Made by a program: the position numbers and the translations under genes. This document shows positions 36,809-43,059 of a stretch of DNA of 43,059 bases, piece after piece (position 1 is the stretch's first letter; every line of letters begins with the position of its first letter). The stretch lies in sequence record DRR723986_4038. One strand, 5' to 3'. The notes under the pieces are model-generated. The model did no database searches and had not been told where the DNA came from. It saw only the letters and a program-made list of their open reading frames with translations.

Positions 36809-39800
36809 ATGAAACGTAAACTTTTACTTTTATTAACAAGTGCGTTTGCCCTAGGAAATTCCTTTGGACAAATTACCTCTTTTCCTTATATCGAGGATTT
36901 TGAAGGAGAAGGACAAGGGGCAATGGCTTGTGGCTCGGCTTATACTATGGTATCTGCTGGCTGGACAAATGAAACTACTGACGGAGCAGATTGGCAAGGA
37001 GATGTTGCCGGAACCACTTCAGGTTCTACCGGTCCTTCTGTAGATCACACGCTTGGAACTACTGCAGGTAAATACATGGTTATTGAAACAAGTGGCTGCG
37101 CAGGTTCTGCAGCAGTTTTAACCTCACCAAGTTTTGATTTATCAAATCCTGATTTCTTAGGTGCGTCTAGCATTGATTTCTCAGTATGGTACCATATGTA
37201 CGGTGCAACAATGGGAACAATGGCTTTAGATCTTACAAATGATGGAGGTGCAACATGGATTAATTTGTTTGGACCAATGACAGATAACCAAGACTTATGG
37301 CAGCAATACACTACTGATTTAATGCCTTACGTTGGAGACACAGTACAATTTAGATTTACTGGTGTTATCGGAACAAGTTTTACAAGTGATATGGCAATTG
37401 ACGATTTCAGCATTCAACCAATCTTTACTGATGATGTTGGAGCTGTTTCTGTTGACGCACCCTCTAACCCTCTTCCAAGTGGGTTCCAATTTGTTCAGGC
37501 AGGGATCACTAATTTTGGATCAAACACAGTAAATAACTGTACTATTAACTGGAGTGTAGACGGTGTGGTTCAACCGCCATTGGCTTACTCAAGTGCAATG
37601 GCACCAGGTCAAACTGATAATAACATTATTTTAGGTACATTCAGTTTCTCTAACCCAACCGCAGATATATGTATTTGGACTACACTACCAAATGGTAATA
37701 CCGATTCATTTGGAGCAAATGACACAATTTGTGAATCTAGATGTATGGGATTAAACGGTGTTTACGCAATCGGCGGGGCAACACCTGATTATTTAACATT
37801 CACTGAGGCTGCTACAGATTTAGCGAATTGTGGAATTTCAGGACCTGTTGTATTCAATGTTGCTCCTGGAGTATACAATGAAGGCATTACAATTCCAGTT
37901 GTTAGTGGTTCTGACGCAACTAACACGATCACATTTGATGGTGGTTCGGCTGCAACAACTTCAATCGTAAACGGCACAAATAACGCAACTATTGCATTAT
38001 TTGGGACAGATTACATCACCTTTACTAATCTTACCATCCAAAATACATTGACTACAGCTGATACATGGGGAGTTTTCTTAACAGATACAGCTGATTTCGT
38101 TACAATATCTAAGTGTAATGTCTTAATGGACGAAACGCCAGGATTATTTGATGTTGCTGGAATTATGTCTTCTGGAGACATTCTAAATGATATCACTGAG
38201 GCGAACGGATGTAACAATTTAGTGATTGACAGCTGTTTAATTAGAGGTGGTGAAAAAGGAATTTCAATGGAAGGACTTAATGCATTTACTGATTGGATGG
38301 ACGGTTTAACGATCACTAACAATGAAATCTATATGGTAGATGACTATCCAATTTACTTGGACAATCAAAGAAACTTAAACATTTCAGGGAACATCATTGA
38401 CTCTATTCAAAGTACTTTTGGAGACGGTCCTTATATGTTTGACATTGTTGATTTTACCTTTGAAAACAACATAGTTAATGCACCTGATTATGGCTGGTAT
38501 ATTACTGACGGTAACTTCAACCTTGATGGAGCTCCAACTGGAACTTCTACTTTTATCAATAACATGATCTCAAGTACATCTGATAGAGCAGTTTATTTTG
38601 ATGATGTTGAAGAATTGAATTTCTGGCATAACTCACTTTACAATGAAGGGACTGCTGCTGGAGCAATGTATGTGAACGACCTTATTAACGTTGATATTAG
38701 AAATAATGCTTTTGTTTCTGATGCTGACTATGCCTTTGAGTCTTTGGATGATTTAACAACTGGTACTAACACTCTTGACTATAACTCTTATTGGTCAAAC
38801 AGTGCAACTTTCTTCGTTTATGAGGCAGGTGCAATTCCAGATTTAGCTACATGGCAAACGAATCAACCTACATTCAACATGAATTCAGTAAATGAAGATC
38901 CAGTTTACGTTTCTACTACCGACTTACACGCAGTTTCAATCACTTTTGATGATTTGGGAGATAATTCTTTAGGAATCCTAACTGATATTGATGGAGATGC
39001 AAGACCAACTGGTGTGAATGTTGATATAGGAGCTGATGAATATACTCCTCTTACAAATGAAGCGGTAATGGTTGAAATTTTAGCTCCTGGAGCTTCAAAT
39101 TGTGGATCAAACACAACTGAGGTAATCGTAGTTATTGGAAACTTAGCCGATACTATTTTCACTATGCCTATAACTGTTAACATTACAGGTGATGTGACGC
39201 AAACATTGAACGTTACGTATAACGATACATTATTGTTTAACGAAACTGATACCATTTCAATGGGATTCATTGATACTTATAATGGCGGAAACATTGTAAT
39301 GGAAGCTTATACTGCTTTAGTAGGTGAGCAAAATACTTCAAATGATACCATTTCAGGACAAACTGCTGCATTCATTCCGTTTGAGCCAGCTGGTGGAGGT
39401 TTACCTTCTTGTGGTCTTGACGTTGCAACATTATATGCTGATTCTACTTGGGTTTCTCAATTCGAATGGTGGGATGCTGCTACAGGAGGTAACTCTGTTG
39501 GAACAGGAACCACATTTGATGTACCTTCAGTTTCAGGTCAATCAACTTATTACTTAGAGTATAAGCAAGGTGGTTTAGATAGTTTATCTGCTGGATACCC
39601 TGCTGGAAACAGTTGTGGTGGTGGAGCCATGTTTGATGTAACTTCTATTTCTGGTTCAAGTATTCTTGGATTTAGAGTTGGTTCAACTGCAGGAGCAGGA
39701 ACAAACACGCCAGTTACAGTGCATTTCATTACAGGAACACATATTGGAAATGAAACAAATGCAGCTGCATGGACAACAGAGGGATCATACTCGGTTGTTT

Positions 39801-40576
39801 CTGGTGGAACTGGAGCTGGTTCTTCATACATTTCTTTAGGAACTCCAATTACTTTACCTGCAGGTCAAACTATTGGTATCTATTTAGAATATGCTGCTTC
39901 TTATACAACTGGAGCAAATACGTTTACAAATGGAGACATTACAATGGAAACTGGAACAGGTTTATGTTCAGCATTTGGCGGTACTAACAACCCAAGATCA
40001 TTCAACGGTCAGATTTTCTTCGGAGCTGATCCTTGTTCTACAATTAGAACGCCGATTGATGTAAATCAAACAGCTGCACCAATTGTTGACTTAGGAGCTG
40101 ACATAGTAGAATGTGATCAAAATGGTGCTACTACTTTAGCAACTACAGATCCACAAACTTCTTATTTATGGTCTCCTTCTGGAAACACAGCTGCGACTGA
40201 AACTATTTCGTCTTCAGGTCAATATATCTTAACGGTAACTGATGCTGACGGATGTGTTAACAGTGATACAGTATTGGTAATTTACCAGGATTGTGCATCA
40301 ATTGATGAAATCAACAACGGTATTGAAACAATGATTGTTTACCCTAACCCGAACAACGGTTTATTTAATATTCAATTACAAGCGCAAGCTGGTGTTGAAA
40401 TTAAATCAATTGAAGTGAGATCTTTAGATGGTAAATTAATTGAAAGTACACAGTTGAATAATGCGAATGGTTTAATTAAAACAACATTTGATTTAACCAA
40501 CCAATCAACCGGAGTTTATTTAATCAATGTTTTAACTTCAGAAGGAACTTCTGTAGAGAAAATTACGATTCACTAA
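36809..40576 (+). CDS. Large multidomain T9SS-secreted surface protein (MAM, CARDB/Ig-like, right-handed beta-helix, Ig-like, CTD)
   Basis: Signal ending SFG-Q. MAM motifs TGPSVDHT, WYHMYGATMG and DMAIDDF; beta-helix rungs (LNISGNII, FTFENNI) ending DIDGDARP...DIGADEY; WWDAATGGN Ig-like segment; CTD VYPNPNNG, SLDGKLI, TGVYLI and KITIH*. Confidence 0.88.
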   Translation: MKRKLLLLLTSAFALGNSFGQITSFPYIEDFEGEGQGAMACGSAYTMVSAGWTNETTDGADWQGDVAGTTSGSTGPSVDHTLGTTAGKYMVIETSGCAGSAAVLTSPSFDLSNPDFLGASSIDFSVWYHMYGATMGTMALDLTNDGGATWINLFGPMTDNQDLWQQYTTDLMPYVGDTVQFRFTGVIGTSFTSDMAIDDFSIQPIFTDDVGAVSVDAPSNPLPSGFQFVQAGITNFGSNTVNNCTINWSVDGVVQPPLAYSSAMAPGQTDNNIILGTFSFSNPTADICIWTTLPNGNTDSFGANDTICESRCMGLNGVYAIGGATPDYLTFTEAATDLANCGISGPVVFNVAPGVYNEGITIPVVSGSDATNTITFDGGSAATTSIVNGTNNATIALFGTDYITFTNLTIQNTLTTADTWGVFLTDTADFVTISKCNVLMDETPGLFDVAGIMSSGDILNDITEANGCNNLVIDSCLIRGGEKGISMEGLNAFTDWMDGLTITNNEIYMVDDYPIYLDNQRNLNISGNIIDSIQSTFGDGPYMFDIVDFTFENNIVNAPDYGWYITDGNFNLDGAPTGTSTFINNMISSTSDRAVYFDDVEELNFWHNSLYNEGTAAGAMYVNDLINVDIRNNAFVSDADYAFESLDDLTTGTNTLDYNSYWSNSATFFVYEAGAIPDLATWQTNQPTFNMNSVNEDPVYVSTTDLHAVSITFDDLGDNSLGILTDIDGDARPTGVNVDIGADEYTPLTNEAVMVEILAPGASNCGSNTTEVIVVIGNLADTIFTMPITVNITGDVTQTLNVTYNDTLLFNETDTISMGFIDTYNGGNIVMEAYTALVGEQNTSNDTISGQTAAFIPFEPAGGGLPSCGLDVATLYADSTWVSQFEWWDAATGGNSVGTGTTFDVPSVSGQSTYYLEYKQGGLDSLSAGYPAGNSCGGGAMFDVTSISGSSILGFRVGSTAGAGTNTPVTVHFITGTHIGNETNAAAWTTEGSYSVVSGGTGAGSSYISLGTPITLPAGQTIGIYLEYAASYTTGANTFTNGDITMETGTGLCSAFGGTNNPRSFNGQIFFGADPCSTIRTPIDVNQTAAPIVDLGADIVECDQNGATTLATTDPQTSYLWSPSGNTAATETISSSGQYILTVTDADGCVNSDTVLVIYQDCASIDEINNGIETMIVYPNPNNGLFNIQLQAQAGVEIKSIEVRSLDGKLIESTQLNNANGLIKTTFDLTNQSTGVYLINVLTSEGTSVEKITIH

Positions 40577-40594
40577 ACACTCATAATTAAATCT

Positions 40595-40629
40595 AAAGCC
40601 TGGCTCTTAACTGAGTCAGGCTTTTTTTT
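40595..40629 (+). terminator. Intrinsic terminator
   Basis: AAAGCCTGGCTC-ttaact-GAGTCAGGCTTTTTTTT. Confidence 0.88.
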
Positions 40630-40850
40630 GCATTAATTTTTCAATGGGTTGAATCCAGAAGAAAGATTACCGCTCAGTAACCTACCTAACCCACGCAATA
40701 CAAGATCTTACTGGCAAACTACGTGAATGAGTTTAGAAGATGGTATTAAATCTTTGATTACAAGAAACGAACAACACGGTCATCATGATAAACAAGAATC
40801 ATTACAGACGGCTCTGTTATTAATTCATCCTATAGTTTCAAGCATATCAT

Positions 40851-41081
40851 TCTCTCACATTTTATCCAACTCCAGGAAATAATATCATAAACGTAAAGCA
40901 CTTTTCAATTGACCCAAGAGAAACATCTTTGTACGACATTCAGGGTAAATTGCTTTTTAAAGGGACAATTATCACTTCGTAAAATCAAAATCGAACCAAC
41001 CTGACTGCTTAAGAAAGTTGATCTTATCTACTACAAATGGCAATGAAAGTTGATGAAGTCCAATCAGAATTATTAAAATAG
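40851..41081 (+). pseudogene. Degraded remnant of a T9SS C-terminal sorting domain
   Basis: Hand translation from 40851: SLTFYPTPGNNIINVKHFSIDPRETSLYDIQGKLLFKGTIITS*NQNRTNLTA*ES*SYLLQM, with IRIIK in a shifted frame near 41063. CTD motifs appear in order, with internal stops at 40980, 41010 and 41019 and no start codon. Confidence 0.75.
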
Positions 41082-41084
41082 GGC

Positions 41085-41117
41085 AAAAAAAAAGGCCTTG
41101 AAAAAATCAAGGCCTTT
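41085..41117 (-). terminator. Intrinsic terminator of rpsA
   Basis: A-run plus GGCCTTGA-aaaaa-TCAAGGCC-TTT; the long U tail is on the minus strand. Confidence 0.9.
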
Positions 41118-41141
41118 AATTTATTATAAAAGAAATTGAGA

Positions 41142-43058
41142 TTACTCTCCTTTTCCTTCCATTTCAGATTTCAAAGCAGATAACGCATCCAAATCACCTA
41201 ATGTAGATTTTTCGTTTGAGCTATTTACTTGAGCTACGGCTTTTGAACCACCACCTGATGATTTCTTACCACCGCTTGATTTTGTCATTGGTTTATCTTC
41301 ACCTTCTTCGAAAGTTCTAGTGTGAGAAACAACAATTTTCTTCGCGTCTTTGTTAAACTCGATTACTTTGAAGTTTAATTTCTCTTCAACAACAGCATCA
41401 GATCCGTCTTCTTTTCTCATGTGTTTCTTAGGGCAAATTGCCTCTACACCGTGAGGTAACGAAACGACAGCAGCTTTATCTTTTTTGTCTTCGATAATTG
41501 TTCCTTCGTGAACAGATCCTTCAGAGAATGCAGCTTCAAACTCATCCCATGGATTTGACTCCAATTGTTTGTGTCCTAAAGCAATTCTTCTGTTATCTCT
41601 ATCTAATTCAAGAACTACAACTTCCATCTCATCTCCTACTTTACAGAATTCAGATGGATGCTTGATTTTCTTTTGCCAAGAAAGATCAGAAATGTGAATC
41701 AATCCGTCAACACCTTCTTCTAACTCAACGAAAACACCAAAGTTTGTAAAGTTTCTTACAATAGCTTTGTGTTTAGAGTCAACAGGATATTTTTGATCGA
41801 TATCAGCCCATGGATCTGGCATTAATTGCTTGATACCAAGAGACATTTTTCTTTCTTCTCTATCTAGCGTTAAGATAACAGCTTCAACTTCATCACCTAC
41901 TGTCATGAAATCTTGAGCTGATCTTAAGTGTTGAGACCAAGACATTTCTGAAACGTGGATTAATCCTTCAACACCTGGAGCAATCTCGATAAACGCACCG
42001 TAATCAGCAATCACAACAACTTTACCTTTTAATTTATCTCCAACGTTCAATTTATCATCCAACGCATCCCAAGGATGAGACTGCAATTGTTTTAAACCTA
42101 ATGCAATTCTCTTCTTGTTATCATCAAAGTCTAAGATTACAACATTGATCTTCTCGTCCAATGTTACGATCTCTTCTGGGTGATTAACTCTACCCCAAGA
42201 AAGGTCAGTAATGTGGATAAGACCATCAACACCTCCAAGGTCAATGAATACACCGTAAGAAGTAATGTTCTTAACAGTACCTTCAAGAACTTGTCCTTTT
42301 TCAAGACCACCGATAATTTGTTTCTTTTGCTCTTCAAGTTCAGCTTCAATAAGCGCTTTATGAGAAACAACAACATTTCTAAATTCGTGGTTGATTTTTA
42401 CAACTTTGAATTCCATGTTTTTTCCAACAAACTGATCGTAATCTCTAATTGGCTTCACGTCAATTTGAGAACCTGGTAAGAATGCTTCAATTCCAAAAAC
42501 ATCTACTATCAAACCACCTTTAGTTCTACATTTAACAAAACCTGTAATTACCTCACCAGTTTTAAGCACGTCATTTACTCGTTGCCAAGCTCTGTGCGTT
42601 CTTGCTGTTCTATGAGATAATACCAATTGTCCGTATTTATCTTCTAATTGCTCAACAAACACTTCAACAGTATCTCCAACTTTTAAGTCAGGATTGTATC
42701 TGAATTCGTTAATAGCAATTACACCTTCTGATTTGTAGTTAACATTAACTACAACTTCTTTTTGAGTTAGAGCAATAACTTTTCCGTCAATCACTTCTTT
42801 CTCTTCAATAGAAGTTAAAGATGAATCGTATACTTCATTTAATTTTGCAACTTCTGCTTCAGTGTGACCTTCGTTTTCGTATGCATACCAATCGAATTCT
42901 TCTTTTGGAGCCACTTCAACTTCTTTTTTCACTTCTTTTTTCTCCTCTTTCGCAGGAGTTTCAGTTACTTCAGCAGCAGTTTCAACAACTTCATCCTCTA
43001 CCTTAGCTTCTTCAGCTTTTTTCGTAGTCTTCTTAGCTGCAGGTTTCTTTGCAGTTGT
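41142..43058 (-). CDS. rpsA: 30S ribosomal protein S1, 5'-partial (start lies beyond the window end)
   Basis: Six S1 domains (FLPGSQID, DGLIHITDLSW, EGLIHVSEMSW, DGLIHISDLSW) and C-terminal TLGDLDALSALK. The frame stays open upstream of GTG 42932 to the window edge. Confidence 0.96.
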   Translation of the reverse strand, partial: TTAKKPAAKKTTKKAEEAKVEDEVVETAAEVTETPAKEEKKEVKKEVEVAPKEEFDWYAYENEGHTEAEVAKLNEVYDSSLTSIEEKEVIDGKVIALTQKEVVVNVNYKSEGVIAINEFRYNPDLKVGDTVEVFVEQLEDKYGQLVLSHRTARTHRAWQRVNDVLKTGEVITGFVKCRTKGGLIVDVFGIEAFLPGSQIDVKPIRDYDQFVGKNMEFKVVKINHEFRNVVVSHKALIEAELEEQKKQIIGGLEKGQVLEGTVKNITSYGVFIDLGGVDGLIHITDLSWGRVNHPEEIVTLDEKINVVILDFDDNKKRIALGLKQLQSHPWDALDDKLNVGDKLKGKVVVIADYGAFIEIAPGVEGLIHVSEMSWSQHLRSAQDFMTVGDEVEAVILTLDREERKMSLGIKQLMPDPWADIDQKYPVDSKHKAIVRNFTNFGVFVELEEGVDGLIHISDLSWQKKIKHPSEFCKVGDEMEVVVLELDRDNRRIALGHKQLESNPWDEFEAAFSEGSVHEGTIIEDKKDKAAVVSLPHGVEAICPKKHMRKEDGSDAVVEEKLNFKVIEFNKDAKKIVVSHTRTFEEGEDKPMTKSSGGKKSSGGGSKAVAQVNSSNEKSTLGDLDALSALKSEMEGKGE

Positions 43059-43059
43059 T

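Noticed and set aside
37045..39987. Multiple antisense and alternate-frame ORFs (62-121 aa) inside the large T9SS gene, and similar ones inside E1, accC, tamB, the symporter and rpsA
   Set aside because: These are shadow ORFs produced by codon bias of the real genes, with no motifs or expression signals.
40727..40882. 51-aa ORF MSLEDGIK...SRK
   Set aside because: No promoter or recognisable domain. It is better explained as a chance open frame across pseudogene debris.
1..43059. CRISPR array, tRNA/rRNA, IS or integrase, prophage, defence island, retroelement
   Set aside because: By eye I found no regularly spaced repeats, cloverleaf or T-loop motifs, or recombinase, nuclease or reverse-transcriptase motifs. 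Nearly all sequence is accounted for by recognisable genes.

Overview
AT-rich chromosomal segment from a Bacteroidota bacterium, most likely a Flavobacteriales such as the Crocinitomicaceae. That assignment is inferred from TAnnTTTG promoters, T9SS C-terminal domains, signal peptides cleaved before Gln, and the tamB/tsaD, DUF1015-yggS, fmt-HU and Nif3-zinc-ribbon gene order. The window holds about 31 densely packed genes, mostly housekeeping: fused 2-oxoacid dehydrogenase E1, accC, tamB, tsaD, lhgO, yjbQ, yggS, rlmI, fmt, HU, TrmH family, hutF, Nif3, fabG, a dicarboxylate symporter and a 5'-truncated rpsA. It also encodes envelope proteins: two T9SS cargo proteins, a PorE-like OmpA protein, an NlpC/P60 peptidase, an O-acyltransferase, an LtaS-like enzyme, small lipoproteins and an orphan TPR histidine kinase. 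I saw no tRNA, rRNA, CRISPR array, transposase, integrase or phage gene, and I cannot support a new multi-gene system here. The most interesting signals are small and absent from the ORF track. (1) A decayed T9SS-cargo pseudogene, possibly two tandem CTD remnants, lies at 40.67-41.08 kb. (2) Related 21-bp-period, LytTR-style direct repeats occur in two promoter regions, one next to a well-spaced sigma54 site. (3) Three phased DnaA-box-like 9-mers, bracketed by a repeated AACCC-N11-GGATWTT motif, precede the HU gene. (4) The tamB frame extends past any canonical start codon. (5) rpsA has a histone-H1-like/acidic N-terminal extension. Several ORF-track starts were moved downstream because they overlap the -7 promoter element.
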